Sequence record: NZ_CP118102.1
DNA from: a plasmid
DNA: 64,000 nucleotides
Direction: 5' to 3' (one strand)
Below the pieces are notes generated by a model, which saw nothing but the letters and a program-made list of their open reading frames with translations, made no database searches and was not told the DNA's origin. Both the position numbers and the translations under genes were made by a program. Within the stretch, counting starts at the first letter, position 1; every line of letters starts with the position of its first letter. Positions 1-9,387 of the stretch are shown here, piece after piece.

Positions 1-81
1 GTTTTCCTTGGCCGTATGACCTAGTTTCTTCTGGAGTTGTTGAACGTTTTCCTTTGGTGTCGTTAGCCGTTTGGTATTCAC
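1..81 (-). CDS. Group II intron reverse transcriptase/maturase, N-terminal fragment (partial, runs off the window)
   Basis: GTG start at 81..79 with an aggagg RBS. The N-terminal peptide VNTKRLTTPKENVQQLQKKLGHTAKEN is typical of intron-encoded proteins. It is absent from the ORF track because it is truncated. Confidence 0.4.
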   Translation of the reverse strand, partial: MNTKRLTTPKENVQQLQKKLGHTAKEN

Positions 82-478
82 TAATTCGTACCTCCTAAAA
101 AAACATGCACAAAGCAGGGCTCCTTCCCTCCTGCAGGTTGTGTTGTCCTGCAGTTCCTCAGTATTATGAGCCCCTCGGACTCCCTTCCTGCAAGTAGATC
201 ATTTCGTCTTTTGGACTTATAGACCACTTTGCTACGGTTTAGCCGGGGTTCGGCTTCCCCTTGTCCCTCTTGCGAGGCCTCTTTGACGACGCGGCAGGAT
301 TCACTTGATGTTACGGCCTGGTATGTTGCTCGCTCTGTCTCCGACAGATACTTTTGTCGATACGCTTCTACGCACAGTTTTCATCATACGTAGGTATCCT
401 AGCTACACAGGGGCTTGGCCCCTCCCGTGACCGGACTTTCACCGGCTAGAAGATGCGTGCTTGGCTGGGCACGCGCTT
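1..478 (-). mobile_element. Probable group II intron, 5' portion. The structured GC-rich domain I-IV RNA lies upstream of the intron-encoded protein start, and the element continues beyond the window start.
   Basis: Minus-strand 81..1 reads RBS aggagg then GTG-N-T-K-R-L-T-T-P-K-E-N-V-Q-Q-L-Q-K-K-L-G-H-T-A-K-E-N, which resembles N-termini of bacterial group II intron reverse transcriptase/maturases. The preceding ~400 nt is GC-rich and hairpin-dense, unlike the surrounding AT-rich DNA. The exact 5' splice site was not resolved. Confidence 0.35.
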
Positions 479-641
479 AATAGAAGAAAAGCAGCATATC
501 ATGATGATCTGACCTGCTGCTCTTTAATGATGATTTAAATTTATTCTGTTGATAGAGAGGACACTGTGTACGGTGTATGGATTTTCCCCTTACTGTGATC
601 TGCTTTCATTCCATTTAAAACAATTCCTATTTAGAAGGGAA

Positions 642-887
642 TTACTTATGCAGCCGATCACTTATTTCAGTAAGATTCTCAGCAAACCCCACGAATACTC
701 TATCATCTATAACTATAGTTGGAACTATCTGCTTCCCCGTTAGTTTCCGAACCTCTTCTGCATACGTGGCATCCTCTTCGCAATTATATTCAGTAAAGGA
801 TACCTGATGTTCATTGAAAAATCGTTTAGCATAATTGCAATCACTACAAGTTGGAATCGTATAAATCTTAACAGAATTTCTACTCAT
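642..887 (-). CDS. Glutaredoxin-like protein (NrdH/YruB-type thioredoxin fold)
   Basis: 81 aa with N-terminal IYTIPTCSDCNYAKRFF (CxxC redox motif in a beta-alpha-beta context) and a C-terminal VPTIVID motif typical of Grx/NrdH. Confidence 0.6.
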   Translation of the reverse strand: MSRNSVKIYTIPTCSDCNYAKRFFNEHQVSFTEYNCEEDATYAEEVRKLTGKQIVPTIVIDDRVFVGFAENLTEISDRLHK

Positions 888-916
888 CTCATCTCTCTCC
901 TTCTTCTTTGTGTTGA

Positions 917-1537
917 TTATCCAGCTACACGCTTTAGCTCATCAAGCGAGACCCGATTGACAAACTTACTGAACTTTTCTTTTCCTTTGGCATTAGCAAT
1001 GTAATAATGAATAATGGCCTTAATAACCGGAACCAGCTGCTCTGCCACTAGTCCAGTTAGTAACTTAGTTGCAATGGAAGCTTTTAGTCCCTTCGGTTCA
1101 CCACCGACATAAATATCGAATGCACTCTTCATCTTGACTACACTAATATCTTTTAACAATGGCTCACTTGTTCCGAGTCCGCAACCTGCATAACCAATTT
1201 TTATTGGTGTTGGTGTTTCAATTCCAGCTATCGCTTCATTTAACCTTAGTGCTGTATCTAAACCGGCATCTTCTGCTCCTTTGCAAAAATTACAAGCAAT
1301 TAGACTTTTCACCACAAATCCAGACGGATAAACTTCTAATCCAGCTTCCCTTAGCTCTTTTGTAATTCTGTCTCTCTGATTGACCGGTACTTCCATGTAA
1401 AGCTGCTTGAATGGTGTCATTTCTAATTTTGTTTGACTATCTGCCAAAGTACCGATCTTTACTAACTGCTCAGGAGTGAAGAGGCTTCCGCCAACTTGTA
1501 TTGGCGGATTGACAGCAATTTTAATGTTTTCTCCCAT
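917..1537 (-). CDS. Nitrite/sulfite reductase-like ferredoxin-fold, 4Fe-4S domain protein
   Basis: 206 aa with Cys clusters CNFC...GYAGCGLGT resembling the NIR_SIR 4Fe-4S/sirohaem binding half-domain. A small stand-alone form. Confidence 0.35.
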   Translation of the reverse strand: MGENIKIAVNPPIQVGGSLFTPEQLVKIGTLADSQTKLEMTPFKQLYMEVPVNQRDRITKELREAGLEVYPSGFVVKSLIACNFCKGAEDAGLDTALRLNEAIAGIETPTPIKIGYAGCGLGTSEPLLKDISVVKMKSAFDIYVGGEPKGLKASIATKLLTGLVAEQLVPVIKAIIHYYIANAKGKEKFSKFVNRVSLDELKRVAG

Positions 1538-1565
1538 AACTAATCCCCCATGTAGATCATTAATG

Positions 1566-4022
1566 CTAGAGTTTCACACGTTGTAATCGCAAAGCATTTA
1601 GAACAACGGAAACTGAACTCAGTGCCATAGCTGCACCCGCGACCCAAGGCGCCAACAAACCGATAGCTGCGATCGGAATCCCAAGGGTATTGTAACCAAG
1701 AGCCCAGAAAAGATTTTGTTTGATGTTGCTCATTGTCTTACGACTCATATATATAGCGTCCGGAATGCTAGATAGATCCCCTCGCATTAACGTAACGTCC
1801 GCAGCTTCCATAGCAACATCTGTGCCAGTGCCGATTGCCATTCCGATATCAGCTGTAGCGAGTGCCGGAGCATCGTTAATTCCATCCCCCACCATAGCAA
1901 CCTTTTTACCTTCTGTTTGAAGTTTTTTTACTTCCTCTGCTTTACCTTCTGGAAGTACTTCCGCACGAACATGGTCGATGCCGACTTCAGCGGCGATCGC
2001 TTTCGCAGTTCGTTCATTATCCCCAGTGATCATAATGACCTGAATTCCCATATCCTTCAATCGGCTAACCGCAGCTTTTGATGTCTCTTTGATAGTATCC
2101 GCTACTGCCACCATTCCGGCATACTGACCATCAATTGCAACTAGCATTGCAGTTTTTCCAGACTCCTCCAAGGTCGCCATGTTTTCAAAGGCTTCTTTCG
2201 CGCTCACGCTGTATTTATCCATCAGCCTACGTGTTCCGATCAGGACATTCTTTCCTTCTACGGAAGCCTTGATGCCAAAACCGGGAATAGCCTCAAACGC
2301 TTCGGTTGCTGGAATCTCAATATTTCGATCTTGAATACCTGCAACAATTGCTTCTGCAAGCGGGTGCTCTGAATTTTTTTCAGCGGCACCAACAAGTCTT
2401 AGAAACTCCACTTTATCTATATTTGTTATTACATCTGTAAGTTCTGGCTTCCCTTTAGTGACAGTCCCCGTTTTATCCAGAATGATGGTGTCAATTTTAT
2501 GAGTTTGTTCTAGGTGTTCGCCACCTTTGAATAGAATACCGAATTCAGCTGCCCGTCCGGATCCTGCCATAATGGATGTCGGGGTCGCAAGACCAAGTGC
2601 GCAAGGACATGCAATAACAAGAATCGCAATTGCCTTTTCTAAAGATCCGGCAAAATCACTTGGAGTTATAAAGAAGTACCAAATTAAGAAGGCCAACACT
2701 GCGATACCAACAACGATTGGGACGAAAATGCCCGAGATCTTGTCGGCAATTCGTTGAATAGGAGCTTTCGAACCTTGAGCTTCCTCTACGACTTTCACGA
2801 TCTGAGCTAATGCAGTTTCTTTGCCAACTTTCGTTGCTCGAACCCGAAGCATACCCTTTTTGTTAATCGTCGCTCCAATTACCGCATCGCCGGGTTTCTT
2901 TTCGACAGGTATGCTTTCTCCCGTCAACATGGATTCATCTATTGAAGATTCACCTTCAATGACTTCACCATCTACAGGCACTTTGTTTCCAGGACGTACA
3001 AGGATGATATCACCAACCAAAACCTCGTCTACTGGCATTGTTAATTCCTGGCCATCACGAATAACTAGAGCTGTCTTTGCCTGAAGTCCCATCAAGGATT
3101 TAATAGCTTCTGAAGTGCGTCCTTTAGCTTGGGCTTCAAACAATTTACCCATGACAACCAATGTAATGAGAACCGCACTTGTCTCAAAATACAAAGAAGG
3201 ACCATGATGCATATCGCTGCCGCTTAAGTACCAATCCATTGTTAAATATAAACTGTAAAAATAAGCTGCAGAAGTACCTAGCGAGATTAGTACATCCATA
3301 TTCGCACTGCCGTTACGAAGAGCTTTATAGGCGCCAACGTAAAAATGCCAACCTATATAAAATTGCACTGGTGTTGCAAGTATTAATTGAAACCATGGAT
3401 TCATAAAGATCTCCGGCATGTAAATCCAGGATGTGAAGGAGAAATGGGCAACCATACTCCACAACAACGGCAATGATAGGATTGCTGAGATGAGTAACCG
3501 CTGTTTCTGACGCTTAGTTTCTTTTTCCCGGTGATCTTCAGCAGATTCGTTTTCATTCATTAAGATGGCTTTGTAGCCTAGCTGGTTGACTTTGTTTTGC
3601 ATATCAGAAACTGATATTTCATCAGGAGAATACTCAACCCGTGCCGACTCTAAAGCAAAATTGACGGTTGCATTCGTTACGCCGGGCAACTTTCCTAGAC
3701 CTTTCTCTATCCGGTTGGCACAGGCAGCACAGGTCATACCCTCAAGCTGAAATTGAGCGACTTCGCTTACCGTTTCGTAACCCAACTTACGGATGGTTTG
3801 CTCAAAATTCTCAATACTTATTTTAGTAGGATCATAATTAACACTTGCTTTTTCCAAAGCAAAGTTGACGTTTGCTGAAGTCACACCATCAAGTTTGCTC
3901 AATCCTTTTTCAATGCGATTTGCGCAGGCGGCACAAGTCATGCCGCTCACCCGCAAAGTTGTTTGTTTTATTGGAGTTGAACTTGTTTCCAATGTACTCA
4001 CTCTCCGTCCATTAAAATTCAC
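1566..4022 (-). CDS. copA: Copper-translocating P1B-type ATPase CopA
   Basis: 818 aa with two N-terminal HMA domains ([15 protein letters not shown] twice), a CPC transmembrane motif ([11 protein letters not shown]), the DKTGT phosphorylation site, GDGINDAP and HP motifs. Confidence 0.95.
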   Translation of the reverse strand: MNFNGRRVSTLETSSTPIKQTTLRVSGMTCAACANRIEKGLSKLDGVTSANVNFALEKASVNYDPTKISIENFEQTIRKLGYETVSEVAQFQLEGMTCAACANRIEKGLGKLPGVTNATVNFALESARVEYSPDEISVSDMQNKVNQLGYKAILMNENESAEDHREKETKRQKQRLLISAILSLPLLWSMVAHFSFTSWIYMPEIFMNPWFQLILATPVQFYIGWHFYVGAYKALRNGSANMDVLISLGTSAAYFYSLYLTMDWYLSGSDMHHGPSLYFETSAVLITLVVMGKLFEAQAKGRTSEAIKSLMGLQAKTALVIRDGQELTMPVDEVLVGDIILVRPGNKVPVDGEVIEGESSIDESMLTGESIPVEKKPGDAVIGATINKKGMLRVRATKVGKETALAQIVKVVEEAQGSKAPIQRIADKISGIFVPIVVGIAVLAFLIWYFFITPSDFAGSLEKAIAILVIACPCALGLATPTSIMAGSGRAAEFGILFKGGEHLEQTHKIDTIILDKTGTVTKGKPELTDVITNIDKVEFLRLVGAAEKNSEHPLAEAIVAGIQDRNIEIPATEAFEAIPGFGIKASVEGKNVLIGTRRLMDKYSVSAKEAFENMATLEESGKTAMLVAIDGQYAGMVAVADTIKETSKAAVSRLKDMGIQVIMITGDNERTAKAIAAEVGIDHVRAEVLPEGKAEEVKKLQTEGKKVAMVGDGINDAPALATADIGMAIGTGTDVAMEAADVTLMRGDLSSIPDAIYMSRKTMSNIKQNLFWALGYNTLGIPIAAIGLLAPWVAGAAMALSSVSVVLNALRLQRVKL

Positions 4023-4219
4023 ATAACATCATATCCTTGTTCTTCAATGGTTTCTTTAATTTGATCTAATGTTGTATTATCTTCGTTATAGGTTATCTCC
4101 ACAGTATTGCTGTTCAAATCCACCTTTCCAGATACCCCTATACTTTTCAGTGCACCTTCGATGGAGTTCACACAATGCTGACAGCTCATTCCCTCAACTT
4201 GCAAAGTCATATTTTTCAT
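4019..4219 (-). CDS. copZ: Copper chaperone CopZ (HMA domain)
   Basis: 66 aa with the [14 protein letters not shown] metal-binding motif. The stop overlaps the copA start (ATGA coupling). Confidence 0.9.
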   Translation of the reverse strand: MKNMTLQVEGMSCQHCVNSIEGALKSIGVSGKVDLNSNTVEITYNEDNTTLDQIKETIEEQGYDVM

Positions 4220-4283
4220 TTAAAATTCTCCCTTCAATATCATTTTTTATAGTGTTTCCCTATAGATAAAATTAAATGAGTTT

Positions 4284-4305
4284 ATATACCCCCCCACCGT
4301 ATATA
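4284..4305. promoter_or_regulatory. Second, imperfect CsoR-like site proximal to the copZ start
   Basis: ATATACCCCCCCACCGTATATA, with TATAC...GTATA arms around a poly-C tract. A weaker palindrome than the upstream site. Confidence 0.3.
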
Positions 4306-4373
4306 AAACCCCTTTTTAAAGGGCCTTGTTGAATGGGCCCTATATTACATAAATCACTTCTGTTTCAATTTAC

Positions 4374-4391
4374 TATACCCCCAGGGGGTAT
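4374..4391. promoter_or_regulatory. CsoR-type copper repressor operator upstream of copZA
   Basis: Near-perfect GC-rich inverted repeat TATACCCCC-A-GGGGGTAT(G), a pseudo-palindrome typical of CsoR operators in Bacillus/Listeria/Staphylococcus. Confidence 0.55.
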
Positions 4392-4536
4392 GTCAAGACA
4401 AAAAGTTCAAATTTTCCAAAACTAGGTATCTGTTGATTTTAAGGCTTGAAGTTGTATCATTAGATCCTATAACATAAAAGATACTTCGTTATTTAAACAT
4501 CTATTTCAATACAAAACACGAGGAGTAAATAGAATT

Positions 4537-5229
4537 ATGATTACAGTATTAATAATAGACGATGAACAGAGAATGCTTGATCTATTGTCGCTTTATCTTA
4601 CCCCCCTAGGGTATAAATGTATCAAAGTAAACTCAGCTGTAGATGCATTGATTTATTTGGAATCAAATCAAGTAGACATAATTTTATTAGATATAATGAT
4701 GCCAGATATGAATGGTTGGGAAGCATGCGAAAAAATCAGAAAAACTTCGAACATTCCAATCATTATGCTTACCGCTCGCAGTGAAAAATCTGATATTGTA
4801 AAGGGTTTAAAGATCGGTGCTGACGATTATGTAATGAAGCCATTTGATGATACTGAATTGGTCGCAAGGATAGAAGCCGTACTTCGAAGGGGAAAGACTG
4901 AAGAAGAAATAAATGAGTTATCCTTTAAAGGCTTATCCTTAATAAAAGATTCGTTTGAAGCCCTTTATAAGAATATAAAGATTGAATTAACCCCCAAAGA
5001 GTTCTATATGGTCGATCTCTTCCTCAATAATCAAAACAGAGTTTTCTCAAGAGAACATCTAATCAGTAAGATTTGGGGATATGATGTTTTTATTGATGAT
5101 CGTACCATTGATTCTCACGTTCGAAATATAAGAAAAAAACTTAGAGATGTAGATTTTCCTGCTGATGATTATTTACACACTGTATGGGGGGTAGGGTATA
5201 AATGGACAAGTGATAAAAATCAATCTTAG
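4537..5229 (+). CDS. OmpR/PhoB-family response regulator
   Basis: 230 aa with a receiver domain (DDE...LLDIMMPDMNGW...LTAR...K) and a C-terminal winged-helix (trans_reg_C). An RBS aggag precedes the ATG. Confidence 0.85.
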   Translation: MITVLIIDDEQRMLDLLSLYLTPLGYKCIKVNSAVDALIYLESNQVDIILLDIMMPDMNGWEACEKIRKTSNIPIIMLTARSEKSDIVKGLKIGADDYVMKPFDDTELVARIEAVLRRGKTEEEINELSFKGLSLIKDSFEALYKNIKIELTPKEFYMVDLFLNNQNRVFSREHLISKIWGYDVFIDDRTIDSHVRNIRKKLRDVDFPADDYLHTVWGVGYKWTSDKNQS

Positions 5230-5235
5230 AATATA

Positions 5236-5278
5236 AAAGGCAGAAGAAGGCTTGTACGATGCTCTCTTCTGCTTTTTT
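5236..5278. terminator. Rho-independent terminator, bidirectional context
   Basis: Hairpin gcagaagaagg...cttctgc followed by TTTTTT. It lies between the convergent response-regulator and lipoprotein genes. Confidence 0.5.
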
Positions 5279-5286
5279 AAGACAAA

Positions 5287-5880
5287 TCACTTAGCAGCTG
5301 GTGCTAACTCATTTTCTGTTACCCATTTATGATTCTTAACTTCTTCGCCACCTGTAGTAGGGGTAAAATCAATCATATACACTGTTGTTCTTTCAGCAGA
5401 GTCAATTTTAACAGTCGCCCCCTTCATACCTTCCATATGAGAAGCTTCTGTTTGTACTTCATCCCCAGGCGCTAATGGTTCTTCACCTGCATCAACTAGT
5501 TCTTCATGAATTACCCATTTATGATTTTCTACGGGTTCTCCACCTGTAGTCGGGGTATAAGAAATCGCATAGGCTGTAGTATCATAAGCACCAACAATAG
5601 TTGCTTCAGCGCCTTTCATTCCCTCCATATGCCCTTCTTTAATAATAGCTTTAGTACCGACAGGATACTTAGGATTCTCTGCTTCCTTTAGATTCTCTGG
5701 TACTTCTCCTGAAGTCGAATGATTCATCTCAGAGTGATCCATCCCTGTATTTTCTTCTGTACCTTGATTCATGTCCGCATTTTCATTTTGATTTTCATCA
5801 TTAGCGCCACCACACGCAGAAAGCATAAGCGCTGTGATTAGTGTAATAATACCGATCATCAATTTTTTGTTTTTGAACAT
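5287..5880 (-). CDS. CopL/YdhK-like copper-binding lipoprotein (two DUF1541-type repeats)
   Basis: Lipobox LSAC after the signal peptide. There is an internal duplication (YDTTAYAISYTPTTGGEPVENHKWVIHEEL versus TTVYMIDFTPTTGGEEVKNHKWVTENEL). Each repeat carries Met/His-rich HMEGMKGA motifs. Confidence 0.6.
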   Translation of the reverse strand: MFKNKKLMIGIITLITALMLSACGGANDENQNENADMNQGTEENTGMDHSEMNHSTSGEVPENLKEAENPKYPVGTKAIIKEGHMEGMKGAEATIVGAYDTTAYAISYTPTTGGEPVENHKWVIHEELVDAGEEPLAPGDEVQTEASHMEGMKGATVKIDSAERTTVYMIDFTPTTGGEEVKNHKWVTENELAPAAK

Positions 5881-6104
5881 AATTAATTCCTCCTTTATTT
5901 ACACTCACTATAACCACTAAATTTGCAGAAAATATGGAGCAGTCAGACATATAAACCTTACAGACGACACATTTTAATCGTACAAATTCCAAAGTCATTT
6001 TAAATATTTCCTGGAAGGTGAACTTAATATACATAAAAAGTTATTTTGAAATAAGAATTTGCTTCTCAAAAATTAAGAAAAGAGCACTAGCAAAGTGCTC
6101 TTCT

Positions 6105-7484
6105 CTAATATTCCTTTTCTAAATACACTTCAAATCTTGTTCCTTTCCCTGCCTCACTAGATACACGGATAGATCCATTGTGTAACTCAACCAACATTTT
6201 CGTTATGGCAAGTCCTAGACCGGTTCCTCCATGTTCTCTCGACCTTGATTTCTCGACCCGGTAAAATCTTTCAAATAAGAAGGGGAGTTCTTCTTTTGAA
6301 ATCCCTGATCCCGTATCTGTAACTGAAATACATACCATAGTATTATTAACTTGCTGTGCTGATATTTCTATAGAGCCCTCCTTCGTATACCGAATGGAGT
6401 TATCCAATAAGTTCAAAAAGATTTGTTCAAGTCGACCAGGATCACCATTAACTATCAACGCTAGGTCAATATGTTTTTTAATTGTTATCCCTTTGTTCTC
6501 CGCTCTCATAGACACTTTACTGACAACTTGTTCTATAATTTTATTGATACATACCGCATCTTTATATATTGTCAATTTACCTTCTTCCATCTTGGATAAA
6601 TCGAATAAATCAATAATCAAGCGATTAAGCCGTTTAGCTTCCTGTGATATGATGTCTAAGTATTTTTTCATATCTTCTTCAGTCTCATAAAGTCCCTTTG
6701 ATATTACGTTTGCATAACCTTCAAGGTACATAATTGGCGTTTTAAGTTCGTGTGAGATATTAGCAAAAAACTCAGTACGTGTATCTTGATATCGTTGCAA
6801 GTCTTTTGCAAGATCATTTATTGCAGCTGCTAATGAACCAATTTCATCCCTAGTACTCACTTCTACTCTACTATCAAGATGACCAGCAGCTATTTTTCTA
6901 GTAGCTTTCTCCATCTGAACCAAAGGTCCAGACATCTTTCTTGATAAAAAAAATGAAACACCCACCGCTATGATAAAACCGATCAATCCAGTTAAACATA
7001 AGAGCTGTCTTACCTCCAGTATAGAGGAATTAACGATATCAAGTGAAGAAATCACAAGAACTCCACCCCCAATATCCAACAATGGTTTACCAGAGATTAG
7101 GTAGGATTCTCCATTCTCAGTACTATAGTTTATCATTAATGATTCTCCGTTAAGTAATCTATTGATTTCAGTTGCGGTAATGAAATTTACATGATGATTA
7201 GAGGCCTTACTTGATTTTCCTAATAATTCTCCTTGCCTATCTAAAACAAAGATCTCCACCTTCGAAAATTCTGCCATAGTGGATATCAAATCCGTAGGTA
7301 TGCTCTTACTAGAATGTACCATTTCGACAAAATGGGATGACATTTCGGCCACATCTTGTTCTGATTTTTGATAATACATATTCGAAAAGATTTTATCAAC
7401 GACAAATCCCAAGGAAAGCAGAACCGTTAACAGCAGAGATACGATAATAATTCCTAATTTAAAAGCTATTCGATTCATTCTCAT
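6105..7484 (-). CDS. Membrane sensor histidine kinase (HAMP-HisKA-HATPase)
   Basis: 459 aa with two TM segments flanking an extracytoplasmic loop. Has the H-box ISHELKTPI, N/G-boxes LLDNSIRYT, DTGSGI and GGTGLGL. Confidence 0.85.
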   Translation of the reverse strand: MRMNRIAFKLGIIIVSLLLTVLLSLGFVVDKIFSNMYYQKSEQDVAEMSSHFVEMVHSSKSIPTDLISTMAEFSKVEIFVLDRQGELLGKSSKASNHHVNFITATEINRLLNGESLMINYSTENGESYLISGKPLLDIGGGVLVISSLDIVNSSILEVRQLLCLTGLIGFIIAVGVSFFLSRKMSGPLVQMEKATRKIAAGHLDSRVEVSTRDEIGSLAAAINDLAKDLQRYQDTRTEFFANISHELKTPIMYLEGYANVISKGLYETEEDMKKYLDIISQEAKRLNRLIIDLFDLSKMEEGKLTIYKDAVCINKIIEQVVSKVSMRAENKGITIKKHIDLALIVNGDPGRLEQIFLNLLDNSIRYTKEGSIEISAQQVNNTMVCISVTDTGSGISKEELPFLFERFYRVEKSRSREHGGTGLGLAITKMLVELHNGSIRVSSEAGKGTRFEVYLEKEY

Positions 7485-7943
7485 ATGTGACCACCGTTCT
7501 GTTAGTTATGTCTAAATCTATGACACTTATAATTCTCTGATATATGGAGTAGTGAGTGTCTCAGAAATACTATTGTGACCTCGTAACCAACGATCACCTT
7601 ATAACCCAACATTATTCCTCCATTAGGAGGTTTATATTATTATACGCCTGAAATTTGAATATTTTGTGCATAAACACGACTAATCTATTTAAAGTTCTTA
7701 GTTCCGGCTATGGTAGAGAAATAGCTTTTCAAAGTGATTTTTATGCTTCAAGCTGATCATTAATCATCTTAGCTTTTGAAAAGATATCGAGAATTTTTTT
7801 TATTTTGACTCATTATCTCCATATATTCTGCACATTTTTGGTTTATTGAAATACAAGGCCTTGAGGAATCTGGTATGTATCGAGGACTAATTGTAAATAG
7901 TAATTACGTATGTAAAGAATTAATCACTGAAAGGAGAATGGAA

Positions 7944-8273
7944 ATGTCACATGAACAGTATAAACAATGTATAGAGGAATGCTTACGATGTATGGTGACT
8001 TGTAATCACTGCTATGATGCTTGTTTAAAAGAAGAAGACACTAAAATGATGGCAGAATGTATCCGTTTAGATCGGCTTTGTGCTGACATCTGCTCTTTTG
8101 CTGCAACAGCAATGAGCAGTAATTCACCATTTATCAAAGAAATTTGCTCATTGTGTGCTGAGATTTGCCAAGCATGTGGTGATGAGTGCAAAAAACATAA
8201 TCATGACCATTGTCAAAAATGTGCGGAAGCTTGTTTTAAATGTGCAGATGTATGTCGTAACATGGCTGCATAA
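7944..8273 (+). CDS. Csp3/YhjQ-like four-helix-bundle Cys-rich copper storage protein (DUF326)
   Basis: ~18 Cys in repeated CxxxC spacing (CIEECLRCMVTCNHCYDAC...CADICSFAA...CSLCAEICQACGDECKK...CQKCAEACFKCADVCR). The start is chosen at the ATG with correct aaggag spacing; the ORF track start at 7875 is likely too early. Confidence 0.65.
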   Translation: MSHEQYKQCIEECLRCMVTCNHCYDACLKEEDTKMMAECIRLDRLCADICSFAATAMSSNSPFIKEICSLCAEICQACGDECKKHNHDHCQKCAEACFKCADVCRNMAA

Positions 8274-8290
8274 CATTAAAACTACTTTTA

Positions 8291-8324
8291 TAACCGCTCC
8301 CAGTAACTGGGGCGGTTATTTTTG
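8291..8324 (+). terminator. Rho-independent terminator after the csp3-like gene
   Basis: aaccgctcccagtaactggggcggtt hairpin followed by atttttg. Confidence 0.5.
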
Positions 8325-8559
8325 ATTACAGCTGAAACAGTTTCTGATTATTAAAAAAGACATATCTATTACAAATTTGTTATGGTTATATGTCACAAAA
8401 TTTGATGAACTTTTTTTAGTCTGTCAATTTTTATTTAAAATCTCGATATGTTAGATAAAAATCCTTATCAAATCATAAGAAGCAACAAATTTTAAAGGTT
8501 ATAATTGACAAGTCTCGATTTATACACTACAGTGATTAGTGTTACAATATTTTAATTAT

Positions 8560-8672
8560 TTTGCCGAATTTTAATCTATTAAAAACGGGGGAACCACACT
8601 GGGTGAATTGTTCAAAATAGTGTTATATATAGGTAACCTTCTACCGAACCCTTAAGCTAACTCCGTAGGCAT
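8560..8672 (+). ncRNA. Candidate ydaO-type c-di-AMP riboswitch leader
   Basis: Lies in the leader of an NlpC/P60 hydrolase gene. It contains the elements ACGGGGGAACC, CUGGGUGAAUUG and ACCGAACCC, recalled from ydaO-class RNAs. A CUCC segment could pair with the GGAG RBS. Confidence 0.4.
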
Positions 8673-8691
8673 CGAAGGGAGAATATTATAC

Positions 8692-9171
8692 TTGAAAAAA
8701 ATTATTATGTCTCTATTAGGGGCTGTTATTATTATTTCTTCTGGAACCACAAGTGCATTTGCTAATGACCAATCAAAATTACAATCAGAAGTTAGCCAAG
8801 TGGTAGGAACACCTTATAAATGGGGTGGAACGTCCGTAGCAAGTGGCTTTGATTGCTCCGGCTTCATATTGTACATATTTGATAAATTCAATCAAAAACT
8901 TCCTAGAACTTCGGCTGCTCAAGCCAAAACAGGTACTGCGGTAGCAAAAAGCAACTTAAGAACGGGAGATTTGGTTTTCTTCAATACGAGTGGAAAAGGA
9001 ATATCTCATGCAGGGATCTACATAGGGGATGGACAATTTGCTCATTCCTCGAGCAGTAAAGGAGTAAGAGTAAGTAAACTTTCGGAAACATACTACAAGG
9101 AACGGTACGTTACAGCTAGAAGAACAATTAGTGATAAGAATTTTTCTAAGATGGTTGATGACTCTCATTAA
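8692..9171 (+). CDS. NlpC/P60 (C40) family cell-wall peptidase
   Basis: Signal peptide, then catalytic Cys (GFDCSGFILYIF) and His (ISHAGIYIGDGQFAH). TTG start with a gaagggag RBS. Confidence 0.8.
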   Translation: MKKIIMSLLGAVIIISSGTTSAFANDQSKLQSEVSQVVGTPYKWGGTSVASGFDCSGFILYIFDKFNQKLPRTSAAQAKTGTAVAKSNLRTGDLVFFNTSGKGISHAGIYIGDGQFAHSSSSKGVRVSKLSETYYKERYVTARRTISDKNFSKMVDDSH

Positions 9172-9354
9172 AGAGGGAAGGACAAGCTACTTCACAGCAC
9201 TTTGTTAATGATTCTAAACATCTTCTACTTTGAAGTAGAAGATGTTTTTTTATTTATCTTTCACTGTGGTTTATGTAAGGATTAAAAAAATATATACTCC
9301 TAGGTAACAAGTCCGCCTTATCTGTTGGAAGTTTGACTTAAACTTAAACTATTT

Positions 9355-9387
9355 TTAATTTAATTTTGTTAAACTAATCTGCCCGTT
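9355..9387. repeat. Left part of ~145-bp repeat copy A, interrupted by the IS110 insertion
   Basis: ttaaactaatctgcccgtt matches ttaaacaaacctgcccgtt at 20780..20798. Confidence 0.6.

Noticed and set aside
549-743. 64-aa plus-strand ORF
   Set aside because: It has no RBS, overlaps the structured intron-like region and the antisense of the glutaredoxin-like gene. Likely spurious.
1720-3406. Several 66-87 aa plus-strand ORFs inside copA
   Set aside because: They are antisense to a confidently called P-type ATPase gene. Their Ala/Pro/Ser-rich translations are typical of reverse-frame artefacts.
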